30,700 nt of DNA from Archangiaceae bacterium (GCA_043750125.1 JAYVCD010000146.1:1-30700), one strand, 5' to 3'; numbered from the stretch's first letter, positions 1-10,209 are shown. Numbers and translations: made by a program. The notes: generated by a model from the letters alone, not told the origin.

Positions 1-469
1 TGCCGTTCGCGATTCCGGTTCCGGCAGGGTCAACCGCAAACACGTTCCAGAAGCGGAAAAACTCTGCCGTCCCGTCGCGATCGGCGTCTGCTGACAAGCC
101 TTGCCAGGTGGGTCCCAGGTTGGCATCCGAGAAGTTGGGCACATAGGCGCCGGCAGTCGTCTTCCCCATGTCCCACTTCGGGATCACATTGACGGCATCG
201 GCAAAGCAAGCGGCCATGGTCGCGGTGTCGCAACCCGTGAGGGTCATCGAGGGGCCGAGCCGGCCGTCGGTGTAAGCCCAGCGATGGACGTTCTCTTCGA
301 GGTCGGTGGCGATTGTCGTCGCGACCGTCACCCTTCGGGAAAATTGATTTGCTCTCGAGATCACCGGAAGCAGCGTCGCAAATCCGGTCATTCCAATCAG
401 CAGGACCGTGAGCGCAATGATCGCCTCGATGAGCGTCGTTCCACGGGTTGTGTGAGGGATTGGACGCAT
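1..469 (-). CDS. pilV: Type IV minor pilin, PilV-like (3' end runs off the window)
   Basis: Not in the ORF track because it has no stop in the window. Manual translation from ATG 469 gives MRPIPHTTRG|TTLIEAIIALTVLLIGMTGFATLL..., a class III prepilin signal (G at -1, E at +5, hydrophobic helix), and the frame stays open to the edge. It starts 4 nt after the stop of the FimU-like gene. Confidence 0.75.
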   Translation of the reverse strand, partial: MRPIPHTTRGTTLIEAIIALTVLLIGMTGFATLLPVISRANQFSRRVTVATTIATDLEENVHRWAYTDGRLGPSMTLTGCDTATMAACFADAVNVIPKWDMGKTTAGAYVPNFSDANLGPTWQGLSADADRDGTAEFFRFWNVFAVDPAGTGIANG

Positions 470-473
470 GGGC

Positions 474-1097
474 TCATCGCCTCTCGAAGGTTTCGATCGT
501 GCCCGTTCTCTGACTGATGGAGACAGCCATCACGCGCACCCGATTCTCGCGACTGCTGGTGAGGGTGAACTGTTCCCCAATTCTGTTCACCGCATTGCTG
601 AACCTCACCGGCCCGCCAGGCTCGAAGAGCATGCTCCCGTAGCCCACCAGGCCGGCAGTCAGGCAGAAGCTGCAATAGAGGTAATTCGGGCCTTGCCCGG
701 CGGTCATCGGAATGCCGCCCAGCGGAGTCGCGAGCGCGGCTCCATAGCCCGCGGCCGGCCCGAAGGTGACCTCGACGGGAAGAGTTCCGCTGGTCAGAAT
801 TGTCGCGGTGGACGGGGTGAAAGCAGGAAGCGAGAAGGCCGAGGTGGTTTGAATGCCCCAGTACCGTCCGCTGGCGCTGTCGATGATGAATGCAGTGTTG
901 GTTCCCCGCGCGATCGCCTGCGCCTGGGTCACGCGCATGGCCGAGACGAGCTCGCCCGTCGCGCCTCCGAAGGTCGCGTTCGCCTTCAGCGACGACAGCG
1001 ATGCGACAGACAGCCCGGTGAGAATCCCGACGATTGCCAGGACAACCGAGAGCTCGAGCAGAGTCACCCCTCGCCGAATCCTTTTCGAAACCCGCAC
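474..1097 (-). CDS. fimU: Type IV minor pilin, FimU/FimT (GspH)-like
   Basis: Prepilin motif SKRIRRG|VTLLELSVVLAIVGILTGL followed by FimT-like 'ELVSAMRVTQAQAIARG'. The true start is probably GTG 1097, preceded by GAGGA, rather than 1235. Confidence 0.8.
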   Translation of the reverse strand: MRVSKRIRRGVTLLELSVVLAIVGILTGLSVASLSSLKANATFGGATGELVSAMRVTQAQAIARGTNTAFIIDSASGRYWGIQTTSAFSLPAFTPSTATILTSGTLPVEVTFGPAAGYGAALATPLGGIPMTAGQGPNYLYCSFCLTAGLVGYGSMLFEPGGPVRFSNAVNRIGEQFTLTSSRENRVRVMAVSISQRTGTIETFERR

Positions 1098-1161
1098 GAA
1101 TGTATTCCTCGCTCTGCTGCTCAACTCCAGCCGATGCGCCCCGAGCCTGGACGACCTCTTG

Positions 1162-1177
1162 AGCACGCGACATGCCG
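1162..1177 (-). promoter_or_regulatory. Candidate sigma-54 (-24/-12) promoter for the minor pilin operon
   Basis: The minus strand reads CGGCATG-TCGC-GTGCT, with exact GG-N10-GC spacing and a close match to TGGCACG-N4-TTGCW, about 65 nt upstream of the fimU start. Confidence 0.55.
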
Positions 1178-1281
1178 ACGGTGGAACTTCGTGTGCTTCG
1201 GGGTTTGCGCCTTTTGAACGAACGAAAGATCGCAATAGTTACATAGCGAGGCAAGACATACTCATCAAATTGCGTGGGCTA

Positions 1282-1305
1282 TGTGATATTTTTAATGATT
1301 TCACA
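1282..1305. promoter_or_regulatory. Imperfect inverted repeat in an AT-rich patch; candidate enhancer-binding-protein site
   Basis: TGTGATAT-N8-ATTTCACA (7/8 dyad match), about 140 bp upstream of the predicted sigma-54 start site. Confidence 0.4.
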
Positions 1306-1593
1306 GTCTGCCGGCCTAACCCTGCTCATTAAGGCAGGAAACACGTCCTCTCGAGACAATGGTGGTTTGGGTAGGCATTGACTCACAGGTAGGCGCTCCA
1401 CGCCTGTGTGCGCCATTGATAGAGAGACAGGCGCAGATCCGCTGAAGCGGTCGCCAGTCACCTGTGACCCCAACTTCTGCTTTCACCCCTCTCGCCACGG
1501 TGCTGCGGCTCTCTGAAGTTTCTACCCGGGAACGTTTGACTGCTGTCGGCGGAGGGCTGGCCTTCGTCCAATGGGCTGTGCGCCGAATGAAAA

Positions 1594-3033
1594 TCAGCGC
1601 CAGCCCGGAGCGACACTGCGGCGCCCGTCGGAAGTTCGCGACACCGTTGCATCATCGTCCAGCCCCTTGAGGCGATCCCACAGCTGGCAGGTGACGGTCT
1701 GGTGCGATTGGTCCAGGCCTTCGCAGTAGTTGGTGAACAGGCATCGGCGCACCTGGTCCCCCTTTCCCTGCCGAACTTTCTGAAACCAATCGGGGTCCGC
1801 CAGGGACTGTCGCGCGGACGCGACGATGTCTGCCATGCCCTGGTGCAGCACTTCTTCGGCCTGCCAGAAGCTGGCGATGCCGCCGCACGCCACCACCGGA
1901 ATGTGAATTCCCGCTGTGACGAGCGTGCGCTTGATCTCGGCAATCGCCGCCAGGTTTCGCCCGAACGGGCCGGGGAAGGCGATGTTCGTCGTCGGCATGC
2001 ACTCTTGTCCGGAAGGGCCGGTGTAGGGATACGCGGCGTGGCCGACCTTCGGTTGCTTCGCGTCTTCGAACTTTCCGCCGCGGGACAGCGAGAGGAAGTC
2101 CATTCCCGCGCGTGCGAATTCGACCGCGAAGAACCCCGCATCGGCCGCGCGGCTGCCGCCGGGAATGATCTCATCGGCCAGGAACCGACAGCCCAGCGCG
2201 GTTTGGGGGCCCAGCTGCGCCCGCACCGCCCGGTAAACCTCGAGCGGCAGTCGAACCCGGTTCTGCAGCGAGCCCCCGTACCCGTCGGTGCGATCGTTGA
2301 GGGCGGAAAGAAAGCTCGCCATCGTGTACGCGTGCGCGAAGTGCAGCTCGACTCCATCGAAGCCCGCCGCCTCGCAGCGCTGGGCCGCCTGGGCGAACAG
2401 CGCAGGCACGGTGCGCGGGAGCTGGGCGATGTGGGGCAGATGAAGATCCGTCACTTTCTCGCGCAGCCCGAGTCGATAGGCTTCGAGCTCGCGGGGCTCG
2501 AGCAGCGCGGCGAGCTGCGCTTCGGACATCGCCAACAGCCGGGCCCGCACCTCGGCGTTGGTCCCTTCGCCCAACGCTTCCCGCAATCTCGGCGTCAGCG
2601 CGAGGAAGCGCCCGAGGAAAGCCTCTCGGGTCGGCCGACGCTTGATCGCCAGAAAATCAATCAGCTGGATCATCAGCCGGCTCTGCCCCCCGCTGGCCTC
2701 GCGCACCGCCTCAACCAGCCGCTTCAAGCCCGGAACGAAGCGATCATGGCCCGCCCGAAGCAGCGGCCCCGAGGGTACGTCTCGCACCCCGGTCGCTTCG
2801 ACCACCAGCACCCCCGGCCGACCGGCCGCAAATCGGGCGTACCACTCACACACCGCGTCGGTGACCAGGCCGTCGTCGGTCGCCCGCCAGGGGACCATCG
2901 CGGGGATCCAGGTCCGGGTTCGGGCCTCGAGCGGCCCGAGGGCAACCGGGGAGAACCACCTCGAGGCCTGCGCCTCTTCGGCAGTCGGCCAGCGCTCTAT
3001 CGGCAGCAGCTTCTCGCGGCGCCGGTCGGTCAT
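1594..3033 (-). CDS. NADH:flavin oxidoreductase (Old Yellow Enzyme family)
   Basis: Motifs AGFDGVELHFAHAY, NDRTDGYGGSLQNRVR, PVVACGGI and ADIVASARQSLADPDW, plus a C-terminal Cys-containing tail. Confidence 0.9.
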   Translation of the reverse strand: MTDRRREKLLPIERWPTAEEAQASRWFSPVALGPLEARTRTWIPAMVPWRATDDGLVTDAVCEWYARFAAGRPGVLVVEATGVRDVPSGPLLRAGHDRFVPGLKRLVEAVREASGGQSRLMIQLIDFLAIKRRPTREAFLGRFLALTPRLREALGEGTNAEVRARLLAMSEAQLAALLEPRELEAYRLGLREKVTDLHLPHIAQLPRTVPALFAQAAQRCEAAGFDGVELHFAHAYTMASFLSALNDRTDGYGGSLQNRVRLPLEVYRAVRAQLGPQTALGCRFLADEIIPGGSRAADAGFFAVEFARAGMDFLSLSRGGKFEDAKQPKVGHAAYPYTGPSGQECMPTTNIAFPGPFGRNLAAIAEIKRTLVTAGIHIPVVACGGIASFWQAEEVLHQGMADIVASARQSLADPDWFQKVRQGKGDQVRRCLFTNYCEGLDQSHQTVTCQLWDRLKGLDDDATVSRTSDGRRSVAPGWR

Positions 3034-3108
3034 GGCTCGCTCTTACCAGCGTGGGGTGGGTAGAGTCCGCCCCCTTCTGGCCGCCTCCTTCCGCGACACC
3101 CTTTCCCT

Positions 3109-6100
3109 ATGAATCGACAGCTTCTGTTTCCCATCGCGCTCGCGTCACTGAGCGTGTGTCTGTTTGGTTGTCCCAACCGGTCGGTCTGTGGCGATGGGAT
3201 CAAGGCCGCCGACGAGCAGTGCGATGACGGGAACGCGATCAAGGGCGATGGCTGCGAGCCGGGGTGCACCTTGACCGGCGCCGGGGGCGGGTCGGGCGGA
3301 GGGTCCGGCGGAGGCTCGGGTGGTACCGGCGGGGCCGGAGGCGGCGGCGTTGCGGTGTGCGGCAACGGAGTGATCGAGGGCGCCGAGGCCTGTGACGACG
3401 GGAACCAGATTCCCAACGACGGCTGCGAGCCGGTCAGCTGCATCGTGACCGCGCAAAGTTGCGGCAACATGATCCGGGAAGGAACCGAGCAGTGCGACGA
3501 CGGGAACCAGGTGGCGTTCGATGGCTGCGAGCCGACCTGCCAGTTGACGATGACGCCGGTCGTCACCTGCCCGAACATTCCGCCCGCTCCGGCGATGGGC
3601 ACGTGCTCGATTACTCCGGGTGACGGCAACAAGCTGTTCACCGCGGTGGTGCTCGGCGCAGACAAGACGTTCCTCGGTGGCCAGGTGTTGGTCAACGCCG
3701 CCGGCACCATCACCTGCGTCGACTGCGACTGCTCGACCGCTCCGGGTGGGGCGACCGCGACGAAGATCGTCTGCCCCAAGGGCGTGCTCTCGCCCGGGCT
3801 GATCAACACCCATGACCACATGACCTTCGGCCGCTTGCCGTATGTCCCCACCCCTGCCGCGGCAGACGAGCGCTACGAGCACCGCCACGACTGGCGCGTC
3901 GGCGGCGCGGCCCACGACAACCACACCAAGATCTCTTCCCAGAGCGGAATCACCGCCCAGAACCTTCGCTGGAGCGAGCTGCGCCAGATGATGAGCGGCA
4001 CCACCTCGGTCATCACCTCGGCCCAGTATTCGGCTGCCGGCAACGGCGGAATGCTGCGCAACCTCGACAGCTCGGCCGGCCAGGAAGGCCTGGGCGAAGG
4101 CACGGTCAACTCGCAGACGTTCCCCCTGGGAGACCAGCCGGGGACCGAGCTCACCACCGGGTGCGCGTACCCCAGCATCGACACTCCGGCCGCCATTCCC
4201 GCGACCTCGGCCTACCTGCCCCACGTCTCGGAAGGAATCGAGGCGTCGTCGAACAACGAATTTCGCTGCGTCTCTTCGATGACCGGCGGCGGGCAGGATC
4301 TGCTCGGCCCCCGCACGACGATCATTCACGGGATTGCTTTGAAGGCGAGCGACATCGGATTGATGGCGGTCAAGCGCACCGGCCTGATCTGGAGCCCGCG
4401 CAGCAACATCAGCCTCTACGGCGACACCGCTTCGGTGCCCACCTACGTCCGCATGGGCGTCAACGTCGCCCTGGGAATGGACTGGATCATCTCGGGCTCG
4501 ATGAACATGCTGCGCGAGCTGAAGTGCGCGGCGAGCCTCAACGAACAGCGGTTCAACCACGTGCTCAGCGACGAACAGCTGTGGCGCATGGCGACCGCCG
4601 CCGCCGCCGACGTGACGCAGGTGGGTGAGAAGCTGGGCCGGATTCAGGTCGGAAAAATCGCGGACCTCGCGATCTACCGCCAGCAGGGAACCAAGACCCA
4701 CCGCAGTGTGATCGACGCCGACGCAGCCGACGTGGTGATGACGATGCGCGGCGGCAAAGTGCTCTACGGCGATGCGCCGATCGTCGCCGCTTTCGACTCG
4801 ACCAGCCTGTGCGAGACCCTCGATGTCTGCGGCGTGCTCAAGGCCGTCTGCACCAAGGGCGAGTTCACGACTCCCGCTTCGCCCGCCGCTCCGGCCCAGT
4901 CGTTGTCCGAACTCCAGGCGGCGAACGTCGGCATCTACCCGCTGTTCTTCTGCGGCCCTCCGGCCAACGAGCCCAGCTGCGACCCGGTACGCACCGCGCG
5001 CAACTCGAAGAATGGCTCGACGACCTACAGCGCAATCTCGGCGGCCGACATCGATGGCGACGGGATCCCCAACGCGCTGGACAACTGCCCCGACGTCTTC
5101 AACCCGGTGCGGCCGATGGACAACGGAAAGCAGGCCGACCAGGACGGCGATGGCAAGGGCGACCCCTGTGACGTCTGCCCGCTCAACGCCAACAGCACCA
5201 CGTGCATGAAGCTCGACCCGAACGACGCCGACGGCGACGGAGTGCCGAACGGAATGGACAACTGCCCGGCCGATGCCAACCCGGCGCAGACCGACACCGA
5301 CGCAGACGGGAAGGGCGACGCGTGCGACGCGTGTGCGGCTCCCAACCCCGGCGCTCAGGCGTGCCCGGCGACGATCTACACGGTGAAGAGCCCCACCGGC
5401 GGGCTGGTCGGCCAGAGCGTCTCGCTGGGCAATGTGCTGGTGACGGCCGTGCACGCGACCGGCTTTTTCCTCCAGGTCCACGAATCAGAGACCGGCTACA
5501 CGACCCGCAACTACTCGGCGGTATTTGCGTACAAGCCCGGCTCGGGCCTCGTCGCCGGTGACCGGATCAACGTGACCAGCGCGGTGCCCAGCGATTACTT
5601 CGGGCAGCTCGAGCTGGCCCAGGTCGTCCTTCCGGTTTCTGCCGACGGCGGGACTTTGACTCTGACGAGTGGAAATGCGCTTCCCGCGGCCACGCTGGTC
5701 GCCAACCCCACCGACATCGCGACCGACGGCGGGCTCTCGAAGGCCCTCGAAGGCGTGCTGGTGACGATGAACAACCTCACGGTCACCAACGCTTCGCCGG
5801 TTCCGGGAAACCTCGACTCGGTTCCCACCAACGAGTTCGAAGTGAACGGGGCGCTGAGGATCAACGACCTCTTCTACAAGGTGCCGACGGCTCCGGTGGT
5901 CGGCCAGCAGTTCCTCTCGATCACTGGCCTGCTCAACTTCCGCAACGGGAACATGAAGGTCGAGCCGCGCAATGCGGCCGACGTGGTCCCCGGCGCTCCG
6001 TTGATTGCGGCGGTCGAGCCGAGCCAGGTCTTCATTCGGGAAGGGGCTTCGGCGACGCTGCCCATTCCGCTGACCGTGCGGTTGACCAACATCTGGACCA

Positions 6101-7224
6101 GCGATGTGGCCATCGGCGTCACGTCGTCGAGCCCGTCCAATCTGCTGATCGGCGACGGCGGGTTGATCATCGTTCCGATCGGCAGCCTGACCGCTGCGAT
6201 TCCAGTGACCGGAGTGCTGCAGGGCGACGCCGGCGTGACCGCCACCCTCAACAGCTCGTCGAAGTCGGCTGCGGTTCGGGTGCTCGGCTTGACTGAGGTG
6301 TCGACCTTGACGGCGCTTTCTCCCACCGCCGCGAACGTGTCTCCGGGTGGAAAGGTGACGCTCACCGCACGGCTCGACATTCCTTCGACCACCGACACGG
6401 TGATTGCGATTGGCCTTGCCCCCGCGGGCTTCGGGACGGTCGCCGCGACGGTGACGGTGCCGGCCAACCAGGTCGAAGTCAGCTTTGAGCTGACCGCCGA
6501 TGCCCAGGCGATGGGCAGCGCGATGCTCAGCGCCACTCTGGGCGCGGTGACCCGGAACACGGCCCTCTCGGTTCAGGCGGTGAACACCAACCACCTGCTG
6601 ATTTCCGAGGTGGCGGTGCGTGGAGTCGTGGCCGACGGAGGCTCGGCGGTCTCGAACAGCGACGAGTTCATCGAGCTCTACAACCCCACCGCCGCGGCGG
6701 TCGACGTGAGCGGGTGGAAGGTTCAGTACAAGAGCGCGGCCGGCCCGACCTTCCAGGACAAGGCGATTCTTCCGGTCGGCACGGTCATCGCTTCGCGTGG
6801 ATATTTCCTGATCGCCTCGAAGAGCTACGCCGGCGCGGTCGCTCCCGACTTGCGGCTGACCCTCGACATCGGCCTCGCAGCCGACTCGGGGCACGTTCGA
6901 TTGGGAACGCAGGACGTGACGCTCGCCAAGGTGGACCCCGAGGAAGTCGATCGGCTCGGCTACGGCCCGCTCGCCGACTCGCCCGAAGGGACGGGGAAGA
7001 CGGCGGCCACCGCGACCTTCACCGCCACGTTCGAGCGCAGGGCCACCCCCGGCTCGACCGCCACCTCGATGTCCGACGGAGGCTCGGACGCGACGAAGGG
7101 CAACGGCCTGGACACCAATCAGAATGCCGACGGGACCTCGAGCGACGGGGGTTTCCTTCCCGGGGACTTCTTCATTCGGGCCTTCCGCGATCCGCAGAAC
7201 AGCTCCAGCCCGTCCGAGCCGTAA
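3109..7224 (+). CDS. Large surface lipoprotein: myxobacterial Cys-rich repeats, amidohydrolase (deaminase-type), TSP3 repeats, OB folds, Ig-like region and lamin-tail domain
   Basis: Lipobox LFGC; three CGD/NG...EqCDDGN...DGCEP.C repeats; amidohydrolase motifs [31 protein letters not shown] and GKIADL; TSP3 DxDGDG..N..DNCP; OB-like '[14 protein letters not shown]'; LTD 'LLISEV...[10 protein letters not shown]...DVSGWKVQY'. Confidence 0.88.
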   Translation: MNRQLLFPIALASLSVCLFGCPNRSVCGDGIKAADEQCDDGNAIKGDGCEPGCTLTGAGGGSGGGSGGGSGGTGGAGGGGVAVCGNGVIEGAEACDDGNQIPNDGCEPVSCIVTAQSCGNMIREGTEQCDDGNQVAFDGCEPTCQLTMTPVVTCPNIPPAPAMGTCSITPGDGNKLFTAVVLGADKTFLGGQVLVNAAGTITCVDCDCSTAPGGATATKIVCPKGVLSPGLINTHDHMTFGRLPYVPTPAAADERYEHRHDWRVGGAAHDNHTKISSQSGITAQNLRWSELRQMMSGTTSVITSAQYSAAGNGGMLRNLDSSAGQEGLGEGTVNSQTFPLGDQPGTELTTGCAYPSIDTPAAIPATSAYLPHVSEGIEASSNNEFRCVSSMTGGGQDLLGPRTTIIHGIALKASDIGLMAVKRTGLIWSPRSNISLYGDTASVPTYVRMGVNVALGMDWIISGSMNMLRELKCAASLNEQRFNHVLSDEQLWRMATAAAADVTQVGEKLGRIQVGKIADLAIYRQQGTKTHRSVIDADAADVVMTMRGGKVLYGDAPIVAAFDSTSLCETLDVCGVLKAVCTKGEFTTPASPAAPAQSLSELQAANVGIYPLFFCGPPANEPSCDPVRTARNSKNGSTTYSAISAADIDGDGIPNALDNCPDVFNPVRPMDNGKQADQDGDGKGDPCDVCPLNANSTTCMKLDPNDADGDGVPNGMDNCPADANPAQTDTDADGKGDACDACAAPNPGAQACPATIYTVKSPTGGLVGQSVSLGNVLVTAVHATGFFLQVHESETGYTTRNYSAVFAYKPGSGLVAGDRINVTSAVPSDYFGQLELAQVVLPVSADGGTLTLTSGNALPAATLVANPTDIATDGGLSKALEGVLVTMNNLTVTNASPVPGNLDSVPTNEFEVNGALRINDLFYKVPTAPVVGQQFLSITGLLNFRNGNMKVEPRNAADVVPGAPLIAAVEPSQVFIREGASATLPIPLTVRLTNIWTSDVAIGVTSSSPSNLLIGDGGLIIVPIGSLTAAIPVTGVLQGDAGVTATLNSSSKSAAVRVLGLTEVSTLTALSPTAANVSPGGKVTLTARLDIPSTTDTVIAIGLAPAGFGTVAATVTVPANQVEVSFELTADAQAMGSAMLSATLGAVTRNTALSVQAVNTNHLLISEVAVRGVVADGGSAVSNSDEFIELYNPTAAAVDVSGWKVQYKSAAGPTFQDKAILPVGTVIASRGYFLIASKSYAGAVAPDLRLTLDIGLAADSGHVRLGTQDVTLAKVDPEEVDRLGYGPLADSPEGTGKTAATATFTATFERRATPGSTATSMSDGGSDATKGNGLDTNQNADGTSSDGGFLPGDFFIRAFRDPQNSSSPSEP
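3187..3540 (+). repeat. Three Myxococcus cysteine-rich (DUF4215-type) coding repeats with a Gly/Ser linker
   Basis: [27 protein letters not shown] / [28 protein letters not shown] / [27 protein letters not shown]. Confidence 0.85.
5047..5334 (+). repeat. Thrombospondin type 3 (Ca-binding) coding repeats
   Basis: [54 protein letters not shown]. Confidence 0.85.
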
Positions 7225-7226
7225 AT

Positions 7227-8846
7227 TTGTCGGGTTCCTCCAGCGAGGTTCACCCCGGTGAGCGCATTGGCCGCTACACCGTGGTGCGCCGGCTCGCGGT
7301 GGGAGGAATGGCCGAGGTCTACCTCGCCCGCCATGAAGGCCCGAAGGGGTTTGCGAAGTGGGTGGTGATCAAGCGGGTCCTGCCCGGGCTGGAGGCCACC
7401 CAGAATTTTACCGCGATGTTCCTCGATGAAGGGCGGCTCGCGGCGCGGCTGTCCCACCCGGGCATCGCGCAGACCTTCGAGTTGGGCGAGCACGAGAACG
7501 GTTTTTTCCTGGTGATGGAATACGTGGCCGGCGAGTCGCTCAATCGCCTGGTCAAGCGGGCGGCGCTCGATTCGAAGCCGATTCCCGCAGGCTCTGCGCT
7601 GCGGGTGGCGATGCAGGTGCTCGAGGCGCTCGACTACGCGCACGATCTCAAAGGCGACAACGGCGATTGGCTCAGGGTCGTGCACCGGGACGTGAGCCCG
7701 ACCAACGTGGTGATCACCTACCACGGCGCGGTGAAGCTGCTCGACTTCGGCATCGCCCACGCCGAGTCGCACCAGAGCCACACCGAGATCGGAACGGTGA
7801 AAGGGAAGGGCGGCTACATGGCGCCCGAGCAGGCCAGCGGCGCGCCGGTGGACCAGCGCACCGACATCTACGCGGTCGGCTCACTGCTCTACCTGCTCAC
7901 GACGGGGGCAGGGCCGTTCGATGGCCACGAAGACGTCTTCGCGATGATTCGAGCAGCAGTGGAAGGGCGCTTCCCCAAGCCCAGTGAGCGCAACCCGGCG
8001 GTGAATCCCCAGCTGGAACAGATCATCTTGAAGGCGATGTCGCTCAACGCCGATGACCGGTACCCGACCGCGGGGTTGATGCTCGCCGCGCTCGAAGAAC
8101 ACGCGGTCTCGCGGCGGCTGTTTCCCAGCCCGCGTGAGCTGACGATGTACATGCGACAGCTCTTTCCCGATCGCATCGAGCTGGCGCGTTCGTATGACGA
8201 GGCGCCCGATGAAGCGGTGGTGGCCAAGATGGCCGAGAGCTTCAGCGACGCGGTGGGTGGCGAAATTGTCAGCGCGCCCACCCGGCTGGCCCGTCGTCCG
8301 ATTTCCAAAGCCAACGCGCTGCCCGCCTTGTCGCCCCCGTCGCAAAGCCTGTCGTCGGTGAAGAGCCAATGGCCGATCGTGAAATCGCTGAAGTCCCAGG
8401 CGAAGCTCGTGCCGCTGGGCGCCGCCCCGGGTCCCACCACTTTGGTGGCCTCGATGAGGGCCGGCGAGCCCGCCGGGTTTGTCGGTGCCGTGCCCGCGTT
8501 GTCCCAGGCCTCCGAGCGCGCCACCCAGGAAACGGACGCGGTCTTGAGCTCGGGAGATTTCGAAGACAAGACCGTGGGGATCGCGTTTGTCGGGGTGACG
8601 GCTCCGCCCAGTGGGCCGGCGAGCACCGTGAGCTCCGAGATGGATCAGACCGGCCCTTCCCTCGCCAGCACCGGATCGGAGACGTTGGACGTGGGGGCCG
8701 ACCCGGCTGAAATCCGAACCTCTTCGCTGCCCAACATGGCCAGTGTTGGAAACCTGGTGGCCCAAAACGCCTGGGCGTTCGTGGTGGCGGGGCTCGCAGC
8801 GGTGTTGCTGGGAGTGATGTTGTTGTGGGCGTTGAGCGGAGACTGA
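7227..8846 (+). CDS. Hanks-type Ser/Thr protein kinase (Pkn family) with a C-terminal membrane anchor
   Basis: LAVGGMAEVYLA, VVIKR, HRDVSPTN, KLLDFGIA, GYMAPEQ and TDIYAVG; terminal TM helix AWAFVVAGLAAVLLGVMLLWAL. Start placed at TTG 7227, just after the upstream stop, rather than 6714. Confidence 0.9.
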   Translation: MSGSSSEVHPGERIGRYTVVRRLAVGGMAEVYLARHEGPKGFAKWVVIKRVLPGLEATQNFTAMFLDEGRLAARLSHPGIAQTFELGEHENGFFLVMEYVAGESLNRLVKRAALDSKPIPAGSALRVAMQVLEALDYAHDLKGDNGDWLRVVHRDVSPTNVVITYHGAVKLLDFGIAHAESHQSHTEIGTVKGKGGYMAPEQASGAPVDQRTDIYAVGSLLYLLTTGAGPFDGHEDVFAMIRAAVEGRFPKPSERNPAVNPQLEQIILKAMSLNADDRYPTAGLMLAALEEHAVSRRLFPSPRELTMYMRQLFPDRIELARSYDEAPDEAVVAKMAESFSDAVGGEIVSAPTRLARRPISKANALPALSPPSQSLSSVKSQWPIVKSLKSQAKLVPLGAAPGPTTLVASMRAGEPAGFVGAVPALSQASERATQETDAVLSSGDFEDKTVGIAFVGVTAPPSGPASTVSSEMDQTGPSLASTGSETLDVGADPAEIRTSSLPNMASVGNLVAQNAWAFVVAGLAAVLLGVMLLWALSGD

Positions 8847-8862
8847 ACCGGAACGACGGGCT

Positions 8863-9426
8863 TTATCGCGAGGCGTCGGCCAGCACCGCGTGGGGCCGGC
8901 CCGCTTTTTTTCGCTTCGCGATCATGCTCTTCGATTTCTTCGTCTTCTTCGCGGCAGTCACTCTCTTCGCCGGCTCGGGCTCTGCAGCCGTGTTTGCGAC
9001 CACCGTCGGAGCGGCCTCGGACTCTCGGTGCGGGGACTTGAGCTCGAGACCCAGCTCGAACTTTCGAAGCTCGTCGGTGAACGTCCGCGCCTGGGCCTGG
9101 CAGCGCTGAAGCCTCAACCGCAGCGCATCACCTTCGGCGATGTAGAGCAGGTCCGGCTGCCGGCTGAATGCGCTTTCAATGCGCTGCGCGGCGGCGGTGA
9201 ACGCCTTGAGGGCGAGCCGGTAGTTGGCGAGGCGATCGAAGTCGCTTTGGGCCTCATCGCGCGCCGATTGCACCTCGTCCCGCCGCTGCGAACAGTCGAG
9301 CTTGAGCATCGAGCCCAGGTCCCGCGCATCAATCGCCGGGTCCGGGTCGAGCCGGGCATCGGGGTTTTCATGCACACAGCCGACCAGGACGAGGCACAAA
9401 CCCAAGGCAGCAAGAAGGCGCAGCAC
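8863..9426 (-). CDS. Hypothetical lipoprotein (helical core, Lys-rich tail)
   Basis: Signal peptide II MLRLLAALGLCLVLVGC; GC3-rich codons; tail AAKKTKKSKSMIAKRKK. Confidence 0.7.
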   Translation of the reverse strand: MLRLLAALGLCLVLVGCVHENPDARLDPDPAIDARDLGSMLKLDCSQRRDEVQSARDEAQSDFDRLANYRLALKAFTAAAQRIESAFSRQPDLLYIAEGDALRLRLQRCQAQARTFTDELRKFELGLELKSPHRESEAAPTVVANTAAEPEPAKRVTAAKKTKKSKSMIAKRKKAGRPHAVLADASR

Positions 9427-9542
9427 CCCCCGTTCGATCGCAAGGCCCGTGCGAGGTCAACCGCCGGGTTTGTCAGGTGTCGGTACGGCTCTTCCCTGCG
9501 CTCGAAGCGCATTCGGGAGGCCGGGCTCTCACTGAAATCGAA

Positions 9543-10187
9543 TCACTTCCGGCGGTCGATGCCGTCGAGCAGGACCAGGTGCATGGTGCTGACCAACGGA
9601 TCGTACGAGAGGGTCGTCGCGAACAACTGGTGGTGAACGATGACCCCGATGTTCGCAAACAGCACCGTGTGGGCGAAGGTGAGCGGGTCGATGTCCTCGC
9701 GGAACTCGAGGGTCTTCGTCTGGCCGTACCGGATGATGCTGGCGAAAGCCTGGACGTAGACGCTGAGCGCCTCTCGCAGGGCCTGGGCGACGCGGCCGTT
9801 GTTCTCGGCGCTCTCGGCGCTGATCAGCCCGAAGAAGATTCCCTGGTTGCGGTTGCCTTGCAGGAACGCGTGCATCCGTTCGATGAACGCCGACAGCTGC
9901 TGCTTCGCGGTCAGGCTCTGCCGGTTCTGGCTGAGCAGGGCGGTGAATTCTGCGACGTAGCGTTGATGCATTTCGTCGATCGCCGCCAGCAGCAGGTCTT
10001 CCTTGGTGGGGAAGTGCCAGTAGAGCGCGCCGGGCGTCATCTGAATGGTGCGGGCCAGCTCGGCCATGGTGGTGGCGAGAATTCCGCGGCGGGCAAAGAC
10101 GTCGATCGCCGCCTGGAGGATCTCGCTGCGGGTGGCTTTCGCGCGCTGCTGTTTGAGGCCTCGGGCGGCACGGGGTGCGTCGGTCAT
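9543..10187 (-). CDS. TetR/AcrR family transcriptional regulator
   Basis: N-terminal HTH TRSEILQAAIDVFARRG..ATTMAELARTIQMTPGALYWHFPTKEDLL. Confidence 0.93.
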   Translation of the reverse strand: MTDAPRAARGLKQQRAKATRSEILQAAIDVFARRGILATTMAELARTIQMTPGALYWHFPTKEDLLLAAIDEMHQRYVAEFTALLSQNRQSLTAKQQLSAFIERMHAFLQGNRNQGIFFGLISAESAENNGRVAQALREALSVYVQAFASIIRYGQTKTLEFREDIDPLTFAHTVLFANIGVIVHHQLFATTLSYDPLVSTMHLVLLDGIDRRK

Positions 10188-10209
10188 GCGGTTCTCTTCC
10201 GGCCCGGTG

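Noticed and set aside
1098..1235. Long N-terminal extension of fimU given by the ORF track
   Set aside because: It overlaps the predicted promoter; prepilin leaders are short and GTG 1097 has an RBS.
1282..1305. TGTGA...TCACA as a CRP/FNR site
   Set aside because: The spacer is 14 nt rather than the required 6; kept only as a generic dyad.
3274..3350. GGC/GGG-rich tandem-like run
   Set aside because: It simply encodes a Gly/Ser linker between Cys-rich repeats and is not a CRISPR array or mobile repeat.
1702..6894. Long opposite-strand ORFs (1702-3063 +, 3145-5481 -, 5485-6894 -)
   Set aside because: Antisense shadows of high-GC genes with no recognisable motifs.
6714..7226. 171-aa N-terminal extension of the kinase
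   Set aside because: Out-of-frame overlap with the lamin-tail domain, with Arg-rich non-protein-like composition.
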